Below are positions 35,870 to 49,200 of a DNA stretch of 64,000 bases, in pieces. Source of the DNA: Ranitomeya imitator (Eukaryota); NCBI RefSeq assembly GCF_032444005.1, contig NC_091284.1, positions 37,510,001 through 37,574,000 of the forward strand, in the 5' to 3' direction. The translations under genes were made by a program, and so were the position numbers. The notes under the pieces are model-generated. The model did no database searches. It was not told where the DNA came from and was given only the letters and a program-made list of their open reading frames with translations. How positions within the stretch are numbered: the first letter of the stretch is position 1; each line of letters opens with the position of its first letter.

Positions 35870-37860
35870 TTTTGAGGGGTCTATATGATAGAAAATACCC
35901 AAGTGTGACACCATTCTAAAAACTACACCCCTCAAGGTGCTCAAAACCATATTCAAGAAGTTTATTAACCATTCTGGTGCTTCACAGGAATTTTTTGAAT
36001 ATTTAAATAAAAATGAACATTTAACTTTTTTTCACAAAAAATTTAATTCAGCTCCAATTTGTTTTATTTTACCAAGGGTAACAGGAGAAAATGGACCCCA
36101 ATCATTGTTGTACAATTTGTCCTGAGTACGCCAATACCCCACATGTGGGGGTAAACCACTGTTTGGATGCATGGCAGAGCTCGGAAGCGAAGGAGCGCCA
36201 TTTGACTTTTCAATGCAAAATTGACTGGAATTGAGATGGGACGCCATGTTTCGTTTGGAGAGCCCCTGATGTGCCTAAACATTGAAACCCCCCACAAGTG
36301 ACACCATTTTGGAAAGTAGACACCCTAAGGAACTTATCTAGAGGTGTGGTGAGCACTTTGACCCACCAAGTGCTTCACAGAAGTTTATAATGTAGAACCG
36401 TAAAAATAAAAAATCATATTCTTTCACAAAAATTATCTTTTCGCCCCCAATTTTTTATTTTCCCAAGGGTAAGAGAAGAAATTGGACCCCAAAAGTTGTT
36501 GTACAATTTGTCCTGAGTACGCTGATACCCCATATGTGCGGGTAAACCACTGTTTGGGTGGATGGGAGAGCTCGGAAGGGAAGGAGCGCCGTTTGACTTT
36601 TCAATGCAAAATTGACAGGAATTGAGATGGGATGCCACGTTGCGTTTGGAGAGCCACTGATGTGCCCAAACATTGAAACCCCCCCACAAGTGACACCATT
36701 TTGGAAAGTAGACCCCCTAAGGAACTTATCTAGAGGTGTGGTGAGCACTTTGACCCACCAAGTGCTTCACAGAAGTTTATAATGCAGAGCCGTAAAAATA
36801 AAACAAAAAATTTTTCCCACAAAAATTATTTTTTTAGCCCCCAGTTTTGTATTTTCCCGAGGGTAACAGGAGAAAGTGGACCCCAAAATTTGTTGCCCAA
36901 TTTGTCCTGAGTGCGATAATACACCATATGTGGGGGGAACCACTGTTTGGGCGCATGGGAGGGTTCGGAAGGGAAGGAGTGCCATTTGAATGCAGACTTA
37001 GATGGAATGGTCTGCAGGTGTCACATTGCGTTTGCAGAGCCCCTAATGTACCTAAAAAGTAGAAACCCCCCACAAGTGACACCATTTTGGAAAGTAGACC
37101 CCCTAAGGAACTTATCTACATATGTCGTGAGCACTTTGACCCACCAAGGGCTTCACAGAAGTTTATAATGGAGAGCCGTAAAAATAAAACAAACATTTTT
37201 TCCCACAAAAATTATTTTTTAGCCCCCAGTTTTGTATTTTCCCGAGGGTAACAGGAGAAATTGGACCCCAAAATTTGTTGACCAATTTGTCCTGAGTGCG
37301 CTGATACCCCATATGTGGGGGAACCACTGTTTGGGCGCATGGGAGGGCTCGGAAGGGAAGGAGCTCCATTTGGAATGCAGACTTAGATGGAATGGTCTGC
37401 AGGTGTCACATTGCATTTGCAGAGCCCCTAATGTACCGAAACAGTAGAAACCCCCCACAAGTGACACCATTTTGGAAACTAGACCCCCTAAGGAACTCAT
37501 CTAGATGTGTTGTGAGAACTTTGAACCCCCAAGTGTTTCACTACAGTTTATAACGCAGAGCCGTGAAAATAAAAAATCTTTTTTTTTTCCCACAAAAATT
37601 ATATTTTAGCCCCCAGTTTTGTATTTTCCCAAGGGTAACAGGAGAAATTGGACCCCAAAAGTTATTGTCCTATTTGTCCTGAGTACACTGATACCCCATA
37701 TGTTGGGGTAAACCCCTGTTTGGGCACACGGGAGAGCTCGGAAGGGAAGAAGCACTGTTTTACTTTTTCAACGCAGAATTGGCTGGAATTGAGATCGGAC
37801 GCCATGTCGCGTTTGGAGAGCCCCTGATGTGCCTAAGCAGTGGAAACCCCCCAATTATAG
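35870..37860. repeat. ~385-392-bp tandem repeat, about 5 units
   Basis: The anchor GTGACACCATTTTGG occurs at 36298, 36690, 37076 and 37461. Confidence 0.92.
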
Positions 37861-37863
37861 CTG

Positions 37864-38039
37864 AAACCCTAATCCAAACACACCCCTAACCTAACCCTAA
37901 TCCCAACAGTAACCCTAACCACACCTCTAACCCTGACACACCCCTAACCCTAATCCCAACCCTATTCCCAACTGTAAATGTAATCTAAACCCTAACTGTA
38001 ACTTTAGCCCCAACCCTAACCCTAACTTTAGCCCCAACC
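37864..38039. repeat. Degenerate (CCCTAA)n-like tract
   Basis: CCCTAACCCTAA motifs mixed with CTTTAGCCCCAA, running into the assembly gap. Confidence 0.85.
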
Positions 38040-38286
38040 NNNNNNNNNNNNNNNNNNNNNNNNNNNNNNNNNNNNNNNNNNNNNNNNNNNNNNNNNNNNN
38101 NNNNNNNNNNNNNNNNNNNNNNNNNNNNNNNNNNNNNNNNNNNNNNNNNNNNNNNNNNNNNNNNNNNNNNNNNNNNNNNNNNNNNNNNNNNNNNNNNNNN
38201 NNNNNNNNNNNNNNNNNNNNNNNNNNNNNNNNNNNNNNNNNNNNNNNNNNNNNNNNNNNNNNNNNNNNNNNNNNNNNNNNNNNNNN
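38040..38286. other. Assembly gap (247 N)
   Basis: N run. Confidence 1.
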
Positions 38287-41200
38287 GGAAATAAATACAT
38301 TTTTTTAATTTTTCCCTAACTAAGGGGGTGATGAAGGGGGGTTTAATTTACTTTTATAGCGGGTTTTTAGCGGATTTTTATGATTGGCAGCCGTCACACA
38401 CTGAAAGACGCTTTTTATTGCAAAAAATATTTTTTGCGTTACCACATTTTGAGAGCTATAATTTTTCCATATTTGAGTCCACAGAGTCATGCGAGGTCTT
38501 GTTTTTTGCGGGATGAGTTGACGTTTTTATTGGTAACATTTTCGGGCACGTTACATTTTTTGATCGCTTTTTATTCCGATTTTTGTGAGGCAGAATGACC
38601 AAAAACCAGCTATTCATGAATTTCTTTTGGGGGAGGCGTTTATACCATTCCGCGTTTGGTAAAATTGATAAAGCAGTTTTATTCTTCGGGTCAGTACGAT
38701 TACAGCGATACCTCATTTATATTATTTTTTTATGTTTTGGCGCTTTTATACGATAAAAACTATTTTATAGAAAAAATAATTATTTTTGCATCGCTTTATT
38801 CTCAGGACTATAACTTTTTTATTTTTTTGCTGATGATGCTGTATGGCAGCTTGTTTTTTGTGGGACAAGATGACGCTTTCAGCGGTACCATGGTTATTTA
38901 TATCTGTCTTTTTGATCGCGTGTTATTCCACTTTTTGTTCGGCGGTATGATAATAAAGCGTCGTTTTTTGCCTCGTTTTTTATTTTTTTTCTTACGGTGT
39001 TTACTGAAGGGGTTAACTAGTGGGCCAGTTTTATAGGTTGGGCCGTTACGGACGCAGCGATACTAAATATGTGTACTTTTATTGTTTTTTTTTTTATTTA
39101 GATAAAGAAATGTATTTATGGGAATAATATATATATTTTTTTTCCATTATTTAGGAATATTTTATTTAATTATTTTTTTTACACATTTTGAAATTTTTTT
39201 TAAAACTTTTTTACATTGTCCCAGGGGGGGACATCACAGATCGGTGATCTGACAGTTTGCACAGCACTCTGTCAGATCACCGATCTGAGAGCAGTGCAGG
39301 CTGCTTCACAGTGCCTGCTCTGAGCAGGCACTGTGAAGCCACCTCCCTCCCTGCAGGACCCGGATCCGCGGCCATCTTGGATCCGGGTCTGGAGCAGGCA
39401 GGGAGGGAGGTAAGACCCTCGCAGCAACACGATCACATCGCGTTGCTGCGGGGGGCTCAGGGAAGCACGCAGGGAGCCCCCTCCCTGCACCGCCGGCACA
39501 TCGCGATCATGTTTGATCGCGGTGTGCCGGGGGTTAATGTGCCGGGAGCGGTCCGTGACCGCTCCTGGCACATAGTGCCGGATGTCAGCTGCGATAGACA
39601 GCTGACACCCGGCCGCGATCGGCCGCGCTCCCCCCGTGAGCGCCACCGATCGCGCTGGACGTACTGTCCCGTCCGTGGTCATAGGGGCCCACCCCACCTC
39701 GACGGGATAGTACGTCCGATGTCAGAAAGGGGTTAAGGAGAGATACCGGCCTGTACCTCCAGCTCACTATCAGTGTGCCAAAGACATGTTACGATAGATG
39801 AAAGAGGCTGGGGTAATCAGAGATAGTTGTAGCCTCTTGGCAGCTCCATTAGTCCTCGTCAGGAAAAAGGATGGCACAATGAGAATGTGTGTTGATTATA
39901 GGCAGATAAACAGTATAACACACAAAGATGCATACCCATTGCCTAGAATAGAGTCCTTAGCTGCTTTAAAATATGCTAACTACTTCTTTACCTTGGATCT
40001 CATCAGTCGGTACTGGCAGGTTCCTGTGGCAGAGGCGGATAAGGAAAAGATGGCCTTCATCACACCGATGGGTCTCTGTGAATTCAACTACATGCCGTTC
40101 GGACTGTGCAACGCACCAGGAACATTTCAGAGGATGATGGAGTGCTGTCTTGGGCACAAGAATTTCGAAACCGTCTTGCTGTATCTGGACGATGTCATCG
40201 TCTTCTCCAAGACTTATAAGGACCATCTGAAGCACCTGACAAAGGTGTTTGAAGCCCTGTCCAACTTTGACTTGAAGGTAAAACCATCTAAATGTCACCT
40301 GTTGAAACCCAAAGTGCAGTACCTGGGCCGTGTGGTAAGCCCCGAAGGAGTGGCACCAGACCCTGACAAGGTCACCGTGATCAAGAACTGGCCAAAGCCC
40401 CGCAACCTCCATGAAGTCCGGCAGTTCCTCGGGTTGGTAGGCTACTACAGAAGATTTATCAAAGACTTCACCAAGATAGCCACACCACTACAAGGCCTGT
40501 TAGTGTGCCAATCCAAGAAAACCAAGGGTAAGAATACCCCTTTTGACTGGGACGACGGGCTGGAGAGAACCTTCACTCGATTGAAGTTGACTCTCACGGG
40601 AGATGAGGTACTCGCTTGCCTTGAATATAACCAACTGTTTGTGCTGTACACGGATGCCAGCAACATGGGACTGGGAGCTGTGTTGTTCCTGGTACAGAAA
40701 GGCAAGGAAAGGGTAATTGCTTACGCCAGCAGGAAGCTTCGCCCTACAGAATGGAACCCTGAAAATTATAGTTCCTTTAAGCTGGAGTTCCTCGCCATCG
40801 TCTGGGCAGTAGCAGAGAGGTTCAAGCAGTACCTGGCAAAATTCACAGTCTACACCGCTGACTCACCTGGAGACGGCAAAACGCAAAACTAGGTGCTTTG
40901 GAGCAGCGTTGGATGGCCCGCTTGTCCAACTATGAATTCACCATCAAGTACTGTGCAGGGCACAAGAATGCCAATGCCAATGCGATGTCCAGGATGCCCA
41001 ACCTACCAGATGTGGAAGAGGATTCAGAGGAACCTGAACAGGTAGAGTTACGAGCTTTCCATCGCCCTAAGGCAACTCAGTATTCCCATTATGTGAGGAA
41101 CAGGCACAGAAACAAGCAAGAATGCACGCTGAACCCATTGCCCCACCATGGGCGGGCAGAGACACAGGACAGTGACCCCGCGGTCCATCTGGTCAAGGAG

Positions 41201-43351
41201 CTGCTGACGCAAGCCAATTCGCACCCTGGTTCAGATGCTCCACAAGAGACTCAACAGCTGTGGAAAGAGAAAGGCAAACTGTTTATGTACGATGGTAAGC
41301 TGTGTCGGAGGAGTATTGACCCACGCGCTCACGAGCTGGTCTGGCAGATAGTGGTCCCAAAACAAGATGAGCCAATGGTTCTGGAAGCGTACCATGATGG
41401 AGCAGGACACTTTGGATGGAAGAATTTAGAGACCCTACTTCGTGGAAGGTTCTCCTGGATTGGCATAAGGAAAGCCATCAAAAAGTGGTGCCTAGAGTAT
41501 GGCCCATGTAGCTTGTGCAGAAAGGACCATAACAGCCAGAGGGCTCCCCTGCAGGCCATAGTTACCAAACATTCGCTTGAACTGGTTGCCTTAGACCATG
41601 TGAAGCTAACTCCAAGCCGGTCAGGCTATGTCTAAGCTTTGACTATTCTGTACCATTACTCCAGATTCCTGGTAGCCGTACCTATCAAGGACCAGACAGT
41701 AAAGACGGCAGCCAAAGCCTTTCAACAGCACTTCTGTAGACCACATGGATATCCTGAAAAAGTGCTTACTGACCAAGGACCAGCCTTTGAAGCGGAAGTA
41801 TTTCAAGAATTCTGCAACCTATATGGATGCAAAAAGATCAGAACAACTCTGTACCACCCACAAACCAACGGTATGTGCGAATAGATGAACCAAGTAGTGA
41901 TTTACTTACTGAAGACCTTGCCTTTACATGAAAGGAACTTATAGCCAGACATGTTGCCAGACTTGGTAGACTTGTATAACCACATCCCAGTGAATTCCAC
42001 CAACTGCACTCCAGCTTACCTGATGAGAGGAAGATCTTGTAAACTGCCAGTTGATCTAGACATGGGAGTCCTGACCCCAGAAAATACCTCACCAGATGCA
42101 GATTGGGATACTGAGAGATGACAAAAGTACCGCCAAGTACAAGAGTGCATTGAAAGAAGTCTATCACAAGCGAGACAAAAGCAAGAAAGAGACTATAACC
42201 AATGTGCCCCTGCAATCCCCTTGTCACCAGGTGAACAAGTACTAAAAAGTAAGAGAAGACTACACAAACTTGATGACCAGTGGGAAGCAGAACCGTATAC
42301 TATCCTACGTTCAAACTGTGACAACACGAAAGTCTGCGTTATCAGCAAAGATCGAGGAGAAACTTCAACTGCAGTATCCAGAGACCATCTCAAAGTATGC
42401 CCTGATAAACTGAGGAACAAAGAAACAGACCCAGAAACATCTCCACCCATGGAAGAAGAAGAAAAGAGAATTCACACCGTTCTTGAAGATTTTCCCCAGT
42501 CTTGGACTCAAGTACATCAGGCCACAGTGATACCTGTCTTGACTTTTCGCCAGCTGGAAATACCAGAACAAAATGTGATTTCAGACCATCCTGAACCAAA
42601 AGAGACTTTACACCAGCAGGCTCCAGCAGTAAACGTCACCCCAGCAGTGGAACCAGAGAATCCACCCTCTGCTATTGGTGAATCTGTCAGACCTATGGTG
42701 AATCTAAGAAGACGTAGACTCTTCCCCAGTTTACCAATACAATGCAGGCCTACAAGTAGTACACACACTAGTGGGTCCACTAAAGTAACAGCAGACATGT
42801 TAGATTAGGAACTACGCAGGTCTACCCATAGTACCAAAGGTCAAATCCCAGCTCGTTACAGGGACTAAAAATGTCAATAATTCCTGTTACCGGTTTGAAT
42901 TGCTTGCTTACATTTGTTACAAGTTTAAAATGGACAATAGGGTAATGGACAGTGAATTACCCAAAAACTGTATTTGTACATAGTTGGCACCCTCAAGGTG
43001 CACCCTGGTTCTAACCACTTACCGGTGTGGGTAGGTCCTTGTTTGCTTGTTTCTTCACAGACCCGAAGCAAAACCATCTGGCGTGGCGAACCCTGGCTCT
43101 GGATACGCCTGGTAGCCCACCCAAGCCTACATTGGGGGTTATGATGGGTCCCTCGCATTGGTACTTTCATTTATAAACAAGGACACGCTGGTATAAGACC
43201 AGATGTACTTTTATAAACTTGTTTTTGCAATGTTTAAGCATCAATACCTCCCATAAAGGGAAGCCAAAGTTTTATAATTGTTTCAATGTGTTTTTCAAAA
43301 ATGTTTTTCAAAATGTTCCCATTATTTAACTGGATTTAACGCGGGGGGGAG

Positions 43352-44470
43352 TGTGACGCCCCAGGGTCCTGGTTGTCTCAGTGACATTGCTCTCCTCACG
43401 GGGAGAGTGATGTTACATTTAGAAGCGATGAAGGATATATTTTATCAGGTAATCACAATGCATACATGTTTACACTCCAGGCCAGACAGGGGAGCTCTAA
43501 GCCTAGTTTAGGGTGTACTCCCCTATAAATATATTCTGATCTGGAGGGAAAAGGTTCAGAGAGTTAGACACAGAAGAGAGCAGACCGACAGAGTGTCAGA
43601 AGGTCTGAAGGGGCCGTGTAGTCAGGAGTACTACAGCCCCAGGAGAGAGATATATAGAAGGAAGGAACATCGTTTACTGAGCGTGCAGGAGAGCGAAGCA
43701 CAGGAGAGACATCAGGGGAGACCGGCTGTGAATGAACTATCTCCCTCTGAAGCACAGATCACCTATAGCCGGGACTCGGATGCTTTTGTGGGACTCTAAG
43801 ACACACAGCAGAGACCGGCAGGACAGCTGAATTGCAAATTACCTGTCCACCACACACCTGAAGATACAGTAACACATAGAGCCCGGGGCGTGATAGAGTC
43901 CCTGTAAAAAGGCTCGAGTTACCTGTCATACAGGTATTGCCCTATCCTATATGGGGGACGGAGAGAAGAACTGTGAGGACCTTATCTGAAGCCATAGGCA
44001 GTAAGGGACTACAACACCACCATGCTAGGGGAAGGCTTTTAACTCCACTTGGTAAAGGGGACTCTGGATTCGCTTTCTAGCCGGCAGGACCCTGCCTGCC
44101 CTGTGATCTGGTGCCCTGGACTGTGGCTGCCTGACGTCTTCAGTAAACTATATAAAGAGACTTCAAACCTGTGTCCTCATTCTTTACTGCACCATTCACC
44201 ATCTTCCATCTAGACACTGGGAGCCCTCGGGATACACTTCACCTGTGGGAAGTTATACCATCTACCTGCCATAACATCACCCCAGAGGACCCCTTAAAGC
44301 AGCGTCGGTCACCACTGACTGAATATCACAGGTGGCGTCAAGAACATAAACTTTATTCAATTCCCCTTTTACATGGGCGCCCAGGGCCACAGACCGGGTC
44401 GCCACCATGACATCCCCCTGTGAACACCGAACCCGGTACCGGGTACCCCACGGCCCTGGCAGGCGACTCA
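43352..44470 (+). repeat. 3' LTR
   Basis: Follows the polypurine tract and ends GGCGACTCA|CGTG. Confidence 0.95.
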
Positions 44471-45671
44471 CGTGCAGTGCGCACTGTGATAATTCAGAGG
44501 TCTGCAGTCACATAGAATGACTCCAGACTCATCACAAACTTGGACCCTACAAATGCTCCTAACATAAATAAAAATATGAAAATTAGCAAGTATCACAAAA
44601 AACATTTACACCCATATGTTGTCTTTGGGTTTGTTCTCTTTGTTTTCTTCTTCATGTTGTCCAGCTCTTCTCTGTAGATGTCCGTCTTCTCCGGTCTTCT
44701 GCAGCACATCTCCACACTACCTTCACTCCTTTCCATACTGGGCCCTCCCTTCAAACTGTCCCCCTATAGGGCCCAGTCTCTATACTGTACCCTTTTATCA
44801 CACTCCTCCTCCTTGGCATACTGTCTCCTCCTAGCTGTGCCCTTACACTGTTCCCCACACACACTACTCAGTCTCTACTCTGTGTCCACTCACACTTTCC
44901 TCCCCCCATACTGTCTCCTCATATTTCCCTTTCCCTCCTCATGTACGTTTCCCCGCTAACCATACTGTCGCCTCACATATTTATCCCCTCGCTCTCCATA
45001 TTTCCTCCTCACACATCCTCCCCGACAAACCATATTGTGTCTGCACACATCCAATCAAGCTCGCTCTCCATACTGTGTCCGCACACATTTTTCTCCTCGC
45101 AACTCATACTGTGCCACACTCATATCCCCACTCACCTCCAACAGAATAAATCCACCTCCTTCCAGACAGAATAAATCTGTCTCCCTCCACTCAGAATAAA
45201 TCCATCCACCTCCACACAGAATAAATGCACCCCCCCATACACACACTGAATAAATCCCACAAACACACTAAATAAATCCCCCTCACACACTGAATAAATC
45301 CCCAAACACACACTGAATAAATCCCCAAACACACACTGAATAAATCCCCCTACTCACACTGAATAAATCCCCCCACATACACTAAAAAAATTCCCCACAC
45401 ACATACTGAATAAATTCCCCACACACGCACTGAATAAATTCTCCACACACACTGAATAAATCCCCCCACACACACTGGATACATTCCCCACACTGAATAA
45501 ATCCCCCACACACTGAACAAATTTCCCACACACACTGAATAAATCCCCCCCCACACACGGAATACAGTGGGTACGGAAAGTATTCAGACCCCTTTAAATT
45601 TTTACTCTGTTTCATTGCAGCCATTTGGTAAATTCAAAAAAGTTCATTTTTTCTCATTAATGTACACTCTG

Positions 45672-45961
45672 GGTCTAAGAGTTAACGTTTCTCCTTATGG
45701 AGAGTGACATACCAGCTCTGGCTTGTCAAGGTAAGGAGGCTTATTCGCCGTGCAATGCTCCTCTGGGAAATTTAATATGCAAATTGCCTCTTCAGAGAAA
45801 AAGAGGACTTAAACTCTATAGCGCCACCTGTTGGAAGTAGTGATCTTACAAGTCACAATCAACCCTTTGCAATATGACTTAGGATAAAAGCCAAATCAGT
45901 ATCTCAATTCGCAGACACATTGTTTCGGCTGTTGGCCCTCATCAGTGCAAAGCATGAGAAC
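45672..45961 (-). mobile_element. Retrozyme / satellite-2-like non-coding module (hammerhead + octamer + CTCF motif), copy 1
   Basis: Hammerhead at 45908-45951, ATGCAAAT at 45777-45784, CCAACAGGTGGCGCTA (minus strand) at 45819-45834. No ORF. Confidence 0.72.
45908..45951 (-). ncRNA. Type I minimal hammerhead ribozyme
   Basis: Minus strand TTTGCA-CTGATGA-G-GGC(caaca)GCC-GAAA-CA(atg)TG-TC-TGCGAA. 6-bp stem I, short stems II and III, GUC cleavage between 45914 and 45913. Confidence 0.82.
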
Positions 45962-45989
45962 CGTGTCTGTGAATTAAGATACTGAGATA

Positions 45990-46246
45990 GACTGTAATGC
46001 GTTGTTTTGACGCACTCCTTCCGCAAGCGTCCGCATGCGTATGGCGGCGGAAATTTGACACCTCAAAACTTGCAACATGGTGCGTTAGCTGCGCCCAGCC
46101 GCACACCGCGAAAATACGCATGTGTAAGCAAACGTGGGCGAATGCATGCAAACCTGCATCTACAATGTTAAAGATATGAAATCAAGACGCATGCGGATGT
46201 ATGCATCAGAAACGTTGCGGACACAACCGCAAATGTGAAACCAGCC
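45990..46246. mobile_element. Right half of a Harbinger-type MITE inside the Tc1 (copy 2 at about 52238-52494)
   Basis: Ends GTGAAACCAGCC|TAA. No matching left end. Confidence 0.6.
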
Positions 46247-49200
46247 TAAGTCACATATTGTCCATTTCCTTGTGATCCTCGTTGAGATGGTTCTGCTCCT
46301 TCATTGAAGTCCAGCTGTGTTTAATTAAACTGATAGAACTTGATTTGGAAAGGCGCACACCTGTCTATATAAGACCTCACAGCTCACAGTGCATGTCAGA
46401 CCAAATGAGAATCATGAGGTCAAAAGAACTGGCCGAGGAGCTCAGAGACAGAATTGTGGCAAGGCACAAATCTGACCAAGATTACAACAGAATTTCAGCA
46501 GTACTCAAGGTTCCTAAGAGCACAGTGGCCTCCATATTCCTTAAACGATAAAAGTTTGGGACCACCAGAAGTCTTCCTAGACCTGGCTGTCCAGCCATAC
46601 TGAGCAATGGTGGGAGAAGAGCCTTGGTGAGAGAGGTAAAGAAGAACCCCAAGATCACTGTGGCTGAGCTCCAGAGATGCAGTAGGGAGATGGGACAAAG
46701 TTCCACAAAGACAATTATCACTGCAGCCTCCACCAGTCGGGCCTTTATGGCCGACGGAAGCCTCTCCTCAGTGCAAGACGTATGAAAGCCTTCATAGAGT
46801 TTGCTAAAAAAAACACATGAAGGACTCCCAGACTATGAGAAATAAGATTCTTTGGTCTGATGACATGAAGATAGACCTTTTTGGTGATAATTCTAAGCGG
46901 TATGTGTGGAGAAAACAGGCACTGCTCATCACCTGCCCAATACAATCCCAGCAGTGAAACATGGTGGTGGCAGCATCATGCTATGGGGGTGTTTTTCAGC
47001 TGCAGGGACTGGAGGACTGGTTGTCATTGAAGGAAACATGAACGTGGCCAAGTACAAAGATGTCCTGGATGAAAACCTCTTCCAGAGTGCTCTGGACCTC
47101 AGACTTGGCCTTCCAACAAGACAATGGCCCTAAGCACACAGCTAAAATAACAAAGGAGTGGCTTCAGAACAACTCTGTGACCATTCTTGACTTGCCCAGC
47201 CAGAGCCCTGACCTAAACCCAATTGAGCATCTCTGGAGAGACCTGAAAATGGCGTCCACCAAGTTCACCATCCAACCTGATGGAACTGGAGAGGATTCGC
47301 AAGGAAGAATAGCAGAGGATCCCCAAATCCAGGGGTGAAAAACTTGTTGCATCATTCCCAAGAGGACTCATGGCTGTACTAGCTCAAAAGGGGCTTCTAC
47401 CCAATACTGAGCTAAGGGTCTGAATACTTATGACCATGGGATATTTCAATTTTTCTTTTTTAATAAAATTGGAAAAATGACTACATTTCTGTTTTTTTTC
47501 TGTCAAGATGGGGTGCAGAGTGTACATTAATGAGAAAAAAATGAACTTTTTTGAATTTACCAAATGGCTGCAATGAAACAAAGAGTGAAAATTTTACAGG
47601 GGTCTGAATACTTTCCGTACCCACTGTAAATCCCACCCCCAGTCTATCCCACATTGAATAAATTCCCACCACACACTTAATAAATCCCCCCCGCACGCTG
47701 AAAAAAATACCCCCCACACACTGAATAAATCCCCCCACACACTGAATAAATCCCCTCACATACACTGAATAAATCCCCTCACACACACTGAATAAATCCC
47801 CTCACATACACTGAATAAATCCCCCCACACACTGAATAAATCCCCTCACATACACTGAATAAATCCCCTCACACACACTGAATAAATCCCCTCACACACT
47901 GAATAAATCCCCCCCACTCACTGAATAAATCCCCCCCCTACTCACTGAATAAATCCCCCCCACTCACTGAATAAATCCCCTCACACACACTGAATAAATC
48001 CCCCCACACACTGAATAAATCCCCCCCTGACTCACTGAATAAATCCCCTCACACACACTGAATAAATCCCCCCCACTCACTGAATAAATCCCCCCACTCA
48101 CTGAATAAATCCCCTCACACACACAGAATAAATCCCCCCACTCACTGAATAAATCCCCCCACTCACTGAATAAATCCCCTCACACACACTGAATAAATCC
48201 CCCCCACTCACTGAATAAATCCCCCCACTCACTGAATAAATCCCCTCACACACACTGAATAAATCCCCTCACACACACTGAATAAATCCCCTCACACACA
48301 CTGAATAAATCCCCCCCACTCACTGAATAAATCCCCCCCACTCACTGAATAAATCCCCCCCAACTCACTAAATAAATCCCTTCACACACACTGAATAAAT
48401 CCCCCCCCACTCACTGAATAAATCCCCCCACTCACTGAATAAATCCCCCCTCAATCACTGAATAAATCCTCTCCACACACACTGAATAAATCCCCTCACA
48501 CACACTGAACAAATTCCCCCACACACACTGAATAAATCCCCCCACACACTGAATAAATCCCCTCACACACACTGAATAAATCCTCCCCACACACACTGAA
48601 TATATCCCCCCCACACACTGAATAAATCCCCCCCACACACTGAATAAATCCCCCCACACACACTGAATAAATCCTCCCCAAACACTGAATAAATCCCCCC
48701 CACACACACTGAATAAATCCCCCCCACACACACTGAATAAGCCCTCCCCACACACACTGAATAAATCCCCCCACACACACTGAATAAATCCTCCCCACAC
48801 ACACACTGAATAAATTCCCCCCAACTCACTGAATAAATTCCCCCACATACACTAAATAAATCCTCTCCACACACACTGAATAAATCCCCACACACTCACT
48901 GAATAAATTCCCCCCCACACACTGAATAAATCCCCTCACACACTGAATACATTCCCACCCACTCACTGAATAAATTCCCCCACACACTGAATAAATTCCC
49001 CCACACACTGAATAAATTCCCCCACACACACTGAATATATTCCCCCCACACACTGAATAAATCCCCCACACACACTGAATAAATCTCCCCACACACTGAA
49101 TAAATCCCCCTCACACACTGAATAAATCCCCCCACACACACTGAATAAATCCTGCCCAAACACTGAATAAATCCCCCCCACACACACTGAATAAATCCTC

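Larger units (their letters stand above)
35420..39732. mobile_element. piggyBac-type non-autonomous element with internal tandem arrays
   Basis: TTAA|CCCCTTT ... AAAGGGG|TTAA. Removing it restores the pol frame. No transposase ORF. Confidence 0.88.
34398..42870 (+). pseudogene. pol (protease, RT, RNase H, integrase), disrupted and split by a piggyBac-type insert
   Basis: ALLDTCSQ (protease, G to C), YLDD, YTDAS..GLGAVL, HHCC region, and LDH / TDQG-35 aa-E. Multiple stops and frameshifts. The empty site reads HPPIKERYRPVPP. Confidence 0.92.
31765..44470 (+). mobile_element. Ty3/Gypsy LTR retrotransposon, full-length, defective
   Basis: Two ~1.12-kb LTRs (TG..CA), 4-bp TSD CGTG (31761-31764 and 44471-44474), PPT GGGGGGGAG before 43352, and gag-PR-RT-RH-IN order. 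Confidence 0.96.
45565..47626 (+). mobile_element. Tc1 transposon (defective) whose left IR is partly replaced by captured DNA, copy 1
   Basis: TA|CAGTGGGTACGGAAAGTATTC ... GAATACTTTCCGTACCCACTG|TA. Transposase remnant 46414-47410 (MRSKELAEELRDRIV.., [18 protein letters not shown]). The left IR breaks at 45671. Confidence 0.92.

Noticed and set aside
37864-38286. Telomere or chromosome end at the CCCTAA tract and gap
   Set aside because: The repeat is degenerate and lies inside a TTAA-bounded element whose removal restores pol.
45786-45800. Second hammerhead core (CTGAAGAG on the minus strand) in the retrozyme-like module
   Set aside because: No stem II followed by GAAA at a workable distance.
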